Source: Acidimicrobiia bacterium
Lineage (GTDB): Bacteria; Actinomycetota; Acidimicrobiia; IMCC26256; JAENVU01
Direction: 5' to 3'
DNA: 64,000 nucleotides
Assembly (NCBI GenBank): GCA_038250905.1
Contig: JBBSBV010000002.1
Coordinates: 71,403-135,402, forward strand
Below, piece after piece: positions 1 through 8,145 of the stretch. Position 1 is the stretch's first letter; every line of letters starts with the position of its first letter. The notes under the pieces are model-generated. The model was given only the letters and a program-made list of their open reading frames with translations. It was not told the DNA's origin and did not search any database. A program made the position numbers and the translations under genes.

Positions 1-453
1 GAACTCGAGAGCGACCGCGCGGGGCGCGAGGTGGTGTGTCGGACCATCCGCGAGGTCCGACCCGACATCGTCCTCGGTCACGATCCGTGGAAGCGGTATC
101 GCCTGCACCCCGATCATCGGCACGCCGGCTGGCTCACCGTCGACGGTGTCGTCGCCGCACGCGATCCACACTTCTTCCCGGGAATCGGTGGCCCCCACCA
201 TCGTCCGGACGCGCTCTGGCTCTTCGAAGCCGACGAACCGAACCATGTGGAGTCGATCGCCGGTTGGACCACGACCAAGGCGGACGCACTGCTGCGTCAT
301 CGGAGTCAGTGGCGTTCGACGATGGACATCGACCCCGCCAGGCCCGACGTCGAGACCGCGATCCGAGCATTTCGTGATCGGATCGAAGATGCCGCGCGCC
401 GCGCCACACCGGCAGAGCCCTCGGAGTCGTTCCGGATCATCGACGGCATCTGA
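1..453 (+). CDS. PIG-L/LmbE-family deacetylase, C-terminal part (5' end lies outside the window)
   Basis: Frame open from base 1 to TGA 451-453. The segment RPDIVLGHDPWKRYRLHPDHRHAG contains the HPDH metal-site motif of LmbE/PIG-L (MshB/Mca-like) enzymes. High GC3. Confidence 0.6.
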   Translation, partial: ELESDRAGREVVCRTIREVRPDIVLGHDPWKRYRLHPDHRHAGWLTVDGVVAARDPHFFPGIGGPHHRPDALWLFEADEPNHVESIAGWTTTKADALLRHRSQWRSTMDIDPARPDVETAIRAFRDRIEDAARRATPAEPSESFRIIDGI

Positions 454-466
454 CGCCAAGTCCGCA

Positions 467-504
467 ATTGCTTCGGGGGAGGCCACTGGCCTCCCCCGAG
501 CAAT
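467..504. terminator. GC-rich hairpin between convergent genes (candidate bidirectional terminator)
   Basis: TTGCTTCGGGGGAGGCC-ACT-GGCCTCCCCCGAGCAA, roughly 15 bp stem with one bulge, between stop 453 (+) and stop 520 (-). Confidence 0.5.
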
Positions 505-519
505 CGCAGATGGAACGGA

Positions 520-894
520 CTACTTGCGCTTCGCGGCCTTGCGCTTCGCCGGAGCCTTCTTCGTAGCCTTCTTCTTCGCGGCCTTCTTGACGGTCTTCTT
601 GGCCGCCTTGCGCTTGGCCGGAGCCTTCTTCGTAGCCTTCTTCTTCGCAGCCTTCTTGACGGTCTTCTTGGCCGTCTTCTTGGCTGCCTTCTTCGTAGCC
701 TTCCGCTTCGCCGGAGCCTTCTTCGCAGCGGCCTTCCTCTTTGCGGGGGCCTTCTTCGCAGCCTTCTTGGCGGTCTTCTTCACCGTCTTCTTCGCTGCTG
801 CCTTCCGCTTTGCGGGGGCCTTCTTCGCTGCTTTGCGCTTGGCCGGAGCCTTCTTGGCCGCTGCCTTACGCGTGCTTCGCTTTGCTGGAGGCAT
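520..894 (-). CDS. Lys/Ala-rich histone H1-like nucleoid-associated protein (124 aa)
   Basis: MPPAKRSTRKAAAKKAPAKRKAAKK... built from AKKA/PAKRKAAKK repeats. Start moved to the internal ATG at 894 because the 75 upstream codons of the track ORF are not protein-like. Confidence 0.65.
   Translation of the reverse strand: MPPAKRSTRKAAAKKAPAKRKAAKKAPAKRKAAAKKTVKKTAKKAAKKAPAKRKAAAKKAPAKRKATKKAAKKTAKKTVKKAAKKKATKKAPAKRKAAKKTVKKAAKKKATKKAPAKRKAAKRK
548..870 (-). repeat. In-frame tandem repeats inside the histone-like gene (69-bp period)
   Basis: Units 548-616 and 617-685 are near-identical (GCCGGAGCCTTCTTCGTAGCCTTCTTCTTCGC.GCCTTCTTGACGGTCTTCTTGGCC...) and equal 23 aa each. Degenerate copies continue to about 870. 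Confidence 0.6.
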
Positions 895-1570
895 TGCCAC
901 CACCTTCTGTCGGTGTCTACTGGGCACGAACCTCGACCGAACCCCAGTACTGCTCGGTCCGTTCGTTTCACGATGGACGACCTCAACGCGCTTGCGTGGT
1001 GACATCCATCGCGATCTCTTTGCATACGCGTGCGCAACGTTTGCGTTGTGCACGCGAGTACAAGTCTGGCCGACGGAACTCGTTGATGCGCGTTTCTTCC
1101 CTCCGCCATCCGTCGTCACTGGACATGGAAACGCATTCGTGCGCGCAGGTCAAGCATTTCCTCCCGTAAATCGCGCGCGGGAGAGCCGCGCGTTCGACAA
1201 ACGCGCGCACGCGAACAACATCGCGATATTGCACGTCGCGCGTCGAACTCACGCCGTTACGCGCGCTCCGTCGACACTTCGGTGGCAATTTCGCGACGAT
1301 CACCACGCGTAGTGGCATCTTCGACAGTCGCGCGCGTTCGCGAGTTGCGACGTTCGACGCGCCAGTTCCGCGTACGAGCGTCGCATACTTTTTCTTTCGC
1401 ATGCACCGATCTCAGCGGGCGCGGCACGCGTTTTCGATCGCGTTCGACGGGAGCGTCGCGTTCGCACGTGCGTTTCGCGCGCGCGACGCGTCGTCCCGAG
1501 TCCCGTGCGCCGTGTCGCGCGCGCTGTCGTCACCGCTGTGCGCGACGGAACTTCGGGCGGGGACGCAAAG

Positions 1571-1594
1571 AGGTCCGGGACAAGTCCCGGACCT
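1571..1594 (-). terminator. Perfect 11-bp hairpin just downstream of tRNA-Glu
   Basis: AGGTCCGGGAC-AA-GTCCCGGACCT. On the minus-strand transcript it is followed by CTCTTTGCG (weak U tract). Confidence 0.55.
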
Positions 1595-1598
1595 CGAG

Positions 1599-1674
1599 TG
1601 GTAGCCCCGAGCAGATTCGAACTGCCGTTACCGCCTTGAGAGGGCGGCGTCCTAGGCCACTAGACGACGGGGCC
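1599..1674 (-). tRNA. tRNA-Glu (anticodon CUC)
   Basis: Reverse complement GGCCCCGTCGTCTAGTGGCCTAGGACGCCGCCCTCTCAAGGCGGTAACGGCAGTTCGAATCTGCTCGGGGCTACCA folds as a cloverleaf. Anticodon stem CCGCC/GGCGG, loop CTCTCAA, T-loop GTTCGAATC, CCA encoded. Confidence 0.9.
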
Positions 1675-1705
1675 ACGCTGTCACCGAAGGCAAGCCTGCG
1701 GTGGG

Positions 1706-1777
1706 CTCGGGGGGGAGGACTCGAACCCCCAAAGACAGGATCAGAACCTGTTGTGTTGCCAATTACACCACCCCCGA
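1706..1777 (-). tRNA. tRNA-Gln (anticodon CUG)
   Basis: Reverse complement TCGGGGGTGGTGTAATTGGCAACACAACAGGTTCTGATCCTGTCTTTGGGGGTTCGAGTCCTCCCCCCCGAG. Acceptor TCGGGGG/CCCCCGA, anticodon stem ACAGG/CCTGT, loop TTCTGAT. The genome reads CCC after the discriminator, so CCA is not fully encoded. Confidence 0.9.
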
Positions 1778-1852
1778 ATGGGCGCCGATCATCATAGCCC
1801 GAGGGCACCCCGCTCCCCCGAAGCCGAGGTCCCCGGGTCGAGCGAGACGGGG

Positions 1853-3271
1853 TCAGGCGAGGCGGGCGCGCGCGGACCGGAGGCGCTCGAGTGACACGTC
1901 CCGACCGAGCAGGTGCAACGCGTCGAACAGCGGCAGACCCGCGCCCCGCCCTTCCACCGCGGCGTACAGGAGCTTCATGACCTTGCGCGGTTTGAGCCCG
2001 AGCGTTTCGATCGCGCCGCGCATCTCCCCGATCGATTCCGGGTTCCACGCGCACGCGGTCACGTGGGCGATGACCGAGTCGAGAACCGCGGCCGGTTGCT
2101 CCACGGTGACGACGTCGTCCCACACGGAGTCGGCAATCGTGAACTGCTCTCCTGCGAACAGGAAGTCCATCTGATCGGCGAGCGCGACCAGCGTGCTCGC
2201 ACGTTCCTGGCCGATGGTGACCGCCGCGCCCAAGAGGGTCTCGTCGAGCTCCGCGCCGAACCGATCTTCGGCGAACGGACGGATGCGCTCGACGATCTCG
2301 TCGTGGGAAAGGCGCCGGATCCACTCCCCGTTGACCCACTCGAGCTTCTTGTCGTCGAAGATCGCCGCCGAATGCGTGACCCGTGACAACGCGAAGGCGT
2401 CGACGATCTCGTCCCGGTCCATCACCTCACGATCGTCGTCCGGCGCCCAGCCGAGTAACGCGAGGTAGTTGAACAATGCCTCGGAAAGAATCCCGCGAGC
2501 GCGGAAGTCCTCGACTGCGACCGCACCGTGACGCTTCGAGAGCTTGGCCCGGTCGGCCTGGAGGATGAGGGGCAGGTGCGCGTACAGCGGGACCTCGTCA
2601 CTACCGAGGGCGCGCCGGATCGCGAGCACCCGGTGTGTGGTGTCGATGAGATCCTCACCGCGGATCACGTGGGTGATCCCCATGTCGAGATCGTCGACCG
2701 CGTTCGCGAGGAAGAACAACGGCGAACCGTCCGACCGCACGATGACGAAGTCGGAGATCGTCGACCACTCCACCGTCACCTCGCCGCGCACCGCATCGGT
2801 GAACGTGCTCTGCCCGGTGTCGGGGGTCCGGAACCGAACCGTGCGAGGCCGGCCCTCGGCCGCGAGCCGAGCCCGGTCGTCGGCGGCGAGATCACGGCCC
2901 CGTCCGTCGTACCCCGGTGGAAGTCCGGCGGCCTTCCGGGCCGCGTGCATCTCGTCGAGTTCTTCGGGCGTGTCGTAGCACTCGTACGCGGCGCCCGAGG
3001 CCAGGAGGCGATCCGCGGCCGCAAGGTAGATGTCGATGCGCTGCGACTGCCGCCACGGCGTCTCGTCCCAGTCGAGACCGAGCCAGCGCAACGTGTCGCC
3101 GATCGCGTCGACCCACTCCTCGCGGGTGCGCGACGTGTCGGTGTCCTCGATGCGCACCAGGAACGTGCCGCCCTCGTGGCGGGCGTACAGCCAGTTGAAG
3201 AGTGCAGTGCGGGCGCTGCCGACGTGGAGTTCCCCGCTCGGCGCGGGTGAGAACCGGACCCGAACCGTCAC
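1853..3271 (-). CDS. gltX: glutamyl-tRNA synthetase
   Basis: RFSPAPSGELHVGSARTALFNW (HIGH-type motif) and KLSKRHG (KMSKS-type motif). GTG at 3271 chosen because it forms a GTGA overlap with the stop of the upstream ORF; the 61 upstream codons are Arg/Pro-rich junk. Confidence 0.9.
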   Translation of the reverse strand: MTVRVRFSPAPSGELHVGSARTALFNWLYARHEGGTFLVRIEDTDTSRTREEWVDAIGDTLRWLGLDWDETPWRQSQRIDIYLAAADRLLASGAAYECYDTPEELDEMHAARKAAGLPPGYDGRGRDLAADDRARLAAEGRPRTVRFRTPDTGQSTFTDAVRGEVTVEWSTISDFVIVRSDGSPLFFLANAVDDLDMGITHVIRGEDLIDTTHRVLAIRRALGSDEVPLYAHLPLILQADRAKLSKRHGAVAVEDFRARGILSEALFNYLALLGWAPDDDREVMDRDEIVDAFALSRVTHSAAIFDDKKLEWVNGEWIRRLSHDEIVERIRPFAEDRFGAELDETLLGAAVTIGQERASTLVALADQMDFLFAGEQFTIADSVWDDVVTVEQPAAVLDSVIAHVTACAWNPESIGEMRGAIETLGLKPRKVMKLLYAAVEGRGAGLPLFDALHLLGRDVSLERLRSARARLA

Positions 3272-3831
3272 GCGGTGGGGGCTGCGTCGGCGCCCGGGAC
3301 GGCGGGACCGGCAGCCAGGCCGGCCCGCATGTCCGCGAGGTGCTCGGACAACTCGGCGACCGGGATCCGGAGATCGTCGATGCTCACGGTGTCGGCGATA
3401 CCGCGACGCAACACGTAGTCGTGATCCGCGCCACGTACGAGTCGGGGACGCCACTCGTGCACGTCACCGGACACCGTGCCCGAGTACCCGAGCACCTCGG
3501 TTGCGACGTCGATGTCGATCATCGTCGGGGCCCGACCGAATGCAGCCGCCCGCTTCATGGCGAGTTCGGCCACCACCGCGATCGCGTCCTCCGCGTGCTC
3601 GCCCGGCTCCAGCCGGAAGCGGTCGCTCGCCCGATGGGCGAGCGTCAGCGCGAATCCGACGTTCGGACCCGGCGATCCGGCCAGCCCGTCGGACGGCAGC
3701 CGAGCCTCGTTGTCTCCCGGACGATCGGCCCGCCAACTGTGCGCGGGCGGCATGTGGACACCGGAGGCGAAGTTCTGTTTCTGGCGGGGTCGTTCCTGGC
3801 GCGGGATCGGGACGTACGGATCGGTAGGCAC
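3268..3831 (-). CDS. conserved hypothetical protein (187 aa)
   Basis: High-GC3 ORF filling the gap between cimA and gltX, with a GTG start and a stop overlapping the gltX start (GTGA). No motif I recognise. Confidence 0.5.
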   Translation of the reverse strand: MPTDPYVPIPRQERPRQKQNFASGVHMPPAHSWRADRPGDNEARLPSDGLAGSPGPNVGFALTLAHRASDRFRLEPGEHAEDAIAVVAELAMKRAAAFGRAPTMIDIDVATEVLGYSGTVSGDVHEWRPRLVRGADHDYVLRRGIADTVSIDDLRIPVAELSEHLADMRAGLAAGPAVPGADAAPTA

Positions 3832-3840
3832 AGCTGATGG

Positions 3841-5463
3841 TTACCCGCGGATCTCGGCGCGGAGCAAGCCATAGACGATCGAATCCGCCAGGGCCTGCCA
3901 ACTCGCCTCGATGATGTTTTCGCTCACGCCGATCGTGGTCCACGACTGTTCGCCGTCCGTACTGTCGAGCAGCACCCGGGTGATGGCGCCGGTGCCCTTC
4001 TGGGTGTCGAGGACGCGGACCTTGTAATCGGTGAGGTGGACCCGGTCGAGCGCCGGATACCGGTTGGCCAGTGCCGCACGCAGCGCCCGGTCGAGGGCAT
4101 TCACCGGGCCGTTGCCCTCCTCGGTCGCGATCAGCCGGTCGTCGCCGACCCGGAGCTTGATGGTCGCTTCGGTGAGCACACCGTCAGGCGCCTCGCCCGC
4201 GGTCGTCGTGGGACTCGCGTCGTCGGTGATGACCCGGAACGACTCGACGTGGAACCAGTCGTGCTCCCACCCGGTCGCCCGTCGCATCAGGAGTTCCAAC
4301 GACGCGTCGGCCACCTCGAAGTGGTAGCCCTCGTGCTCGAGGTGCTTGAGCGTGTCGACCACCTGGTTGACGGTCGGCCCGTCGAGTTCGAGTCCGAGTT
4401 CCTTCGCCTTGAGCTGGATCGTCGACTTCCCCGCGAGTTCCGACATCACGAACCGCGTGCCGTTGCCCACCGTGTCGGGCTGGATGTGCTCGTAGGCGTC
4501 CGGCCGCTTGACGATCGCGCTCACGTGCAGACCGGCCTTGTGCGCGAACGCGGACGTCCCCACGTAGGCCGCCTGCGGGTTGAGCGACATGTTCACCAGC
4601 TCGGCCACGTGGTGCGCGACCGGAGTCAGACGCTCCATGCGCTCGGGCGGCAGCGTCTCGATCCCCATTTTGAGCGTGAGGTTCGGGATGATCGTCGTGA
4701 GGTTGCAGTTCCCGGTGCGCTCGCCGTACCCGTTGATCGTGCCCTGCACCTGGGTCGCGCCTCCGAGCACACCGGCGAGGGCGTTCGCCACACCGCAGCC
4801 GGTGTCGTCGTGCAGGTGGACCCCGACGTTCACGTCGGCACCCACGTACCCGACCACGGCCCGCACCGTTGCCTCCACCTCGTGCGGGAGGCTGCCGCCG
4901 TTGGTGTCACACAGCACGAGGCAGTCGACGCCGGCCTGGACCGCGCCTTCGAGTACCCGCAGACTGAACTCGGGGTTGCGCTTGAAGCCGTCGAAGAAGT
5001 GTTCCGCGTCGAACAGGACCTCGCGTCCGAGCCCCTTCAGGTACTCGATCGAGTCGGAGACCATCGCGACACCCTCGTCGAGGGTCGTGCCGAGCGCCTC
5101 GACCACGTGGTAGTCCCAGCACTTCCCCACGATGCAGACCGTGCCGGTGTTGGCGTCGACGAGGTGGCGCAGCGTGTCGTCCGAGTCGACCCGACCCTTC
5201 ACCCGCCTCGTCATCCCGAACGCCACCAGGGTGCTGTGTTCGAGGTGCATCTCGTGCTGGGCCCGCTGGAAGAGTTCGTCGTCCTTCGGGTTCGCACCCG
5301 GCCATCCGGCCTCGATGTAGTCGACACCGAGCCAGTCGAGTTGCTCCGCGATCCGCAACTTGTCGTCGACGGTCAGCGAGATGCCCTCGAGCTGGGAACC
5401 GTCCCGCAGCGTGGTGTCGTAGATCTGGACGCGCGCCGGGAGGGTGACGTCATTCGTCGACAT
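3841..5463 (-). CDS. cimA: citramalate synthase / LeuA-family (long form with C-terminal regulatory domain)
   Basis: VQIYDTTLRDGSQLEGISLTVDDKLRIAEQLDWLGVDYIEAGWPGANPKD is the typical CimA/LeuA-type HMGL-like N-terminus; about 540 aa. ATG 5463 preferred over 5487. Confidence 0.75.
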   Translation of the reverse strand: MSTNDVTLPARVQIYDTTLRDGSQLEGISLTVDDKLRIAEQLDWLGVDYIEAGWPGANPKDDELFQRAQHEMHLEHSTLVAFGMTRRVKGRVDSDDTLRHLVDANTGTVCIVGKCWDYHVVEALGTTLDEGVAMVSDSIEYLKGLGREVLFDAEHFFDGFKRNPEFSLRVLEGAVQAGVDCLVLCDTNGGSLPHEVEATVRAVVGYVGADVNVGVHLHDDTGCGVANALAGVLGGATQVQGTINGYGERTGNCNLTTIIPNLTLKMGIETLPPERMERLTPVAHHVAELVNMSLNPQAAYVGTSAFAHKAGLHVSAIVKRPDAYEHIQPDTVGNGTRFVMSELAGKSTIQLKAKELGLELDGPTVNQVVDTLKHLEHEGYHFEVADASLELLMRRATGWEHDWFHVESFRVITDDASPTTTAGEAPDGVLTEATIKLRVGDDRLIATEEGNGPVNALDRALRAALANRYPALDRVHLTDYKVRVLDTQKGTGAITRVLLDSTDGEQSWTTIGVSENIIEASWQALADSIVYGLLRAEIRG

Positions 5464-6370
5464 GCTCACACCAACTCTTGTATGCATCGGTCTGCCCGCG
5501 CACCGCCTTCGCGTATTCGGCTGCGATCACCTGGGTCATCGGACCAGGACACGGGATCACGCGGTCGTCGACCGAGTTCACGGCGCTCACCTCGGCTGCG
5601 GTACCGCACACGAACATCTCCTCCGCCACGTAGAGGTCGCTGCGGGTCAGCTGTCCGACGCGCACCTCGAAGCCGTGGTCACGGGCGATCGTCATCACCG
5701 AGTCCTGGGTGATGCCCTCGAGCGCGCCCGCCGAGATGGGCGGCGTGATCAGCGCACCGTTGCGGGCCACGAAGATGTTCTCGCCGGTGCACTCGCTCAC
5801 GTAGCCGTCGAGGTTCAGCATGATCGCCTCGTCGTACCCGGCCTTCAGCGCTTCGACCTTGGCAAGTGAGGAGTTCACGTAGTTCCCGGTGGTCTTCGAC
5901 GCCGGCGGCATCACGTTGTGGTCGTGGCGCGCCCACGAACTGATCTTCATCCGCACGCCCTTGGAAACCGCGTCGTCGCCCAGGTAGGCACCCCACGGCC
6001 AACATGCGATCGACACGTCGACCGAACACGGCAACGTGTTGAGGCCCATCTCGCCGTAGCCGTAGTACGCGATCGGACGCACGTAACAACTCGGCAGCCC
6101 CGACGACCGCACGGTGTCCTTGCAGGCCTGGACCAACTCGTCGACGGAGTACGGGATCTCCATCATGAGGATCTTCGCCGAGTTGAACAATCGCTCGATG
6201 TGGTCCGTGAGCCGGAAGATCGCGGGGCCGCGATCGGTCTCGTAGGCGCGGATGCCCTCGAACACGCCCATGCCGTAGTGGAGCGAGTGCGTGAGAATGT
6301 GAATCCGCGCGTCGTCCCAGTCGACGAGCGCGCCATTCATCCAGATCTTCTTCGTTGCCTCGATCGGCAT
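5450..6370 (-). CDS. ilvE: branched-chain amino acid aminotransferase (class IV)
   Basis: KIWMNGALVDWDDARIHILTHSLHYGMGVFEGIRAY... and ...GENIFVARNGALITPP..., full-length IlvE-like, 306 aa. Confidence 0.9.
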   Translation of the reverse strand: MPIEATKKIWMNGALVDWDDARIHILTHSLHYGMGVFEGIRAYETDRGPAIFRLTDHIERLFNSAKILMMEIPYSVDELVQACKDTVRSSGLPSCYVRPIAYYGYGEMGLNTLPCSVDVSIACWPWGAYLGDDAVSKGVRMKISSWARHDHNVMPPASKTTGNYVNSSLAKVEALKAGYDEAIMLNLDGYVSECTGENIFVARNGALITPPISAGALEGITQDSVMTIARDHGFEVRVGQLTRSDLYVAEEMFVCGTAAEVSAVNSVDDRVIPCPGPMTQVIAAEYAKAVRGQTDAYKSWCEHVDE

Positions 6371-6373
6371 CGT

Positions 6374-7366
6374 TCACACCCTTTCGGCAATACGGGAACC
6401 GACTTCTGCAGTGGAGCCGGTGACATCGTCGGAAGTCGCGATCGCCGCGTGGATCCGCGCCGCCGCATCGGTCTCACCGAGGAACTCGAGCATCATCGCG
6501 GCACTGATGATCGCAGCACGCGGGTCGGCAGTGCCGGTGCCGGCGATGTCGGGCGCGGAGCCGTGGACCGGCTCGAAGAGTGACGGACCGGTGCGCGCCG
6601 GGTTCAGGTTGCCCGAGGCCGCCCGCCCGATGCCGCCGCCGATGGCGCCCCCGAGGTCGGTGAGGATGTCGCCGAAGAGATTGTCGGTGACGATCACGTC
6701 GTAGCGCTCGGGTCGCTGTACGAAATGGATGCAGGCGGCGTCCACGTGGTCGTAGCCCGTCGCCACGCCCGGGTATTCGGATGCGACGGCCTCGAACGTC
6801 CGCTGCCAGAGATCACCGGCGAACGTGAGCACGTTGGTCTTGTGGACCAGCGTCAGGTGGTGCGCATCACGGCTCTGGGCGAGATCGAACGCGTACCGCA
6901 CACACCGCTCGACCCCCATCCGGGTGTTGACCGACCCCTGGGTCGCGATCTCGAAGGGCGTGTCCTTGCGCAGGAACCCACCCTCACCCGCATAGGTCCC
7001 CTCGGTGTTCTCGCGGATCACGATCATGTCGACGCCGTCGTTGAGCACACTCGCCGGGGCGAGGAACGGCCGGTGGTTCACGTAGAGGTCGAGCGCGAAG
7101 CGCATCTTGAGCAGCAGGCCGCGCTCGAGCACGCCCGGAGGCACCTCCGGTGTGCCGACCGCGCCGAGGAGGATCGCGTCGAGGCCGCGCAGTTCCTCGA
7201 GGACCGAGTCCGGCAGCACCTCGCCGGTCGCGAGGTAGCGGGCCCCGCCGAGGTCGTAGGACACCGTTTCGTAGGCGATGCCGGTCGCGTCGACGACCTT
7301 GAGTGCCTCGGCCACGACTTCGGGACCGATCCCGTCGCCGCCGATGATGCCGATCCGATGGACCAC
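6374..7366 (-). CDS. leuB: 3-isopropylmalate dehydrogenase
   Basis: [21 protein letters not shown]...[35 protein letters not shown]...[15 protein letters not shown] 7366 lies 7 nt after GAGGAG. Confidence 0.9.
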   Translation of the reverse strand: MVHRIGIIGGDGIGPEVVAEALKVVDATGIAYETVSYDLGGARYLATGEVLPDSVLEELRGLDAILLGAVGTPEVPPGVLERGLLLKMRFALDLYVNHRPFLAPASVLNDGVDMIVIRENTEGTYAGEGGFLRKDTPFEIATQGSVNTRMGVERCVRYAFDLAQSRDAHHLTLVHKTNVLTFAGDLWQRTFEAVASEYPGVATGYDHVDAACIHFVQRPERYDVIVTDNLFGDILTDLGGAIGGGIGRAASGNLNPARTGPSLFEPVHGSAPDIAGTGTADPRAAIISAAMMLEFLGETDAAARIHAAIATSDDVTGSTAEVGSRIAERV

Positions 7367-7438
7367 CCATGCTCCTCGTGGTGGGTTCCGAGTTCCTACA
7401 GCGAACGCGGAACGCGATCTTTTGGTCTGGGCCCTCAC

Positions 7439-7498
7439 AACGAAAAACCGCCCACCGAAGTGGACGGTCGAGAGCGAACGCCGGTGCGGCGTCCGCTC
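7439..7498 (-). promoter_or_regulatory. transcription attenuator upstream of leuB (hairpin + UUCG-loop terminator + U run)
   Basis: Minus-strand RNA: a 12-bp perfect hairpin GAGCGGACGCCG-CAC-CGGCGTTCGCTC (7472-7498), spacer TCGA, then CCGTCCAC-TTCG-GTGGGCGG (7448-7467), then TTTTTCGTT (7439-7447). Confidence 0.55.
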
Positions 7499-7529
7499 AG
7501 GGAATGATGACGATGCGTCGTGAAGACAT
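7497..7529 (-). CDS. putative Ile/Val-rich leader peptide [10 protein letters not shown]
   Basis: ATG TCT TCA CGA CGC ATC GTC ATC ATT CCC TGA. The stop overlaps the first hairpin of the attenuator. No SD; TAGCCT lies 9 nt upstream of the ATG. Confidence 0.45.
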   Translation of the reverse strand: MSSRRIVIIP

Positions 7530-7665
7530 AGCCCGATGAGGCTAGCAGCCGGGCTCGTCGCACGGCGGTGGGATTCCTCCGGGCGGGCCTCCCGCCTGGT
7601 GCAGCCCGCGCCGGGCCGGTGACCGAGACGACCCCGACGGCGGGGCGGCGGATACCCTCGCAGCG

Positions 7666-8136
7666 ATGGAACCGACCCAGCTGTCCGCCACCGCTCACGA
7701 ACGCCTCGTCGCCGAGCTGACCAACCGGACGGGACCGCTGCGGTTCGAGATCGCCGAACGGATCGAGCGGGCCCGGGAGCTCGGCGACCTCAAGGAGAAC
7801 GCCGACTACGACGCGGCGAAGAACGAGCAGGGCCTCAACGAGGCTCGGGTCCGCCAACTCGAAGCGATGCTGCGCGACGCCGAGATCGTCGACGGCGCGT
7901 CGGGCGACGTGGTCGAGGCCGGGGTGATCGTGGAGATCCGGATCGACGGTGACGACGAGACCCAGTCGTATCTCATCGGCTCGATCGAGGAGCGCAACGA
8001 CACCTACGACGTGCTGTCGACCAGCTCACCGCTCGGTCAGGCACTCGAGGGCAAGCGGGCCGGTGAGACAGCCACCTACGACACGCCCAAGCGCGCCGAG
8101 GTCGCCGTCGAAGTCGTCGCGATCCGCCCGCTCTGA
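7666..8136 (+). CDS. greA: transcription elongation factor GreA
   Basis: [38 protein letters not shown]... and ...[15 protein letters not shown], 156 aa. Confidence 0.9.
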   Translation: MEPTQLSATAHERLVAELTNRTGPLRFEIAERIERARELGDLKENADYDAAKNEQGLNEARVRQLEAMLRDAEIVDGASGDVVEAGVIVEIRIDGDDETQSYLIGSIEERNDTYDVLSTSSPLGQALEGKRAGETATYDTPKRAEVAVEVVAIRPL

Positions 8137-8145
8137 CCGAACCCG

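Noticed and set aside
548-685. Tandem 69-bp repeats considered as a possible CRISPR or minisatellite.
   Set aside because: There are no unique spacers, the units are contiguous and in frame, and they encode the AKK-type repeats of the histone-like protein.
146-1312. 388-aa plus-strand ORF and other very long ORFs in alternate frames or on the opposite strand (e.g. 4036-5712 +, 9250-11331 +, 25482-27605 -, 27739-30108 +, 33832-36549 +, 48304-50298 -, 50353-52110 -, 42893-44365 -).
   Set aside because: Their translations are Arg/Pro/Gly/His/Asp-rich low-complexity strings. They overlap genes with clear family motifs and much better GC3 periodicity. These are the usual stop-free shadow frames of a ~70% G+C genome.
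1599-1777. The tRNA pair as an integration site for the odd 895-1570 region (genomic island).
   Set aside because: I found no direct repeat of either tRNA 3' end in 1-1598 and no integrase or excisionase. The odd region is kept only as an open observation.
1853-3454. Long N-terminal extensions of track ORFs (gltX to 3454, leuB to 7438, antiporter to 11082, serine hydrolase to 14908, leuA to 18187, serA to 20934, aminotransferase to 22351, apbE to 62842, ferric reductase to 61685).
   Set aside because: The extensions are junk-like, overlap the upstream gene, and internal ATG/GTG codons coincide with homology-like N-termini, SD motifs or ATGA/GTGA overlaps. They were trimmed.
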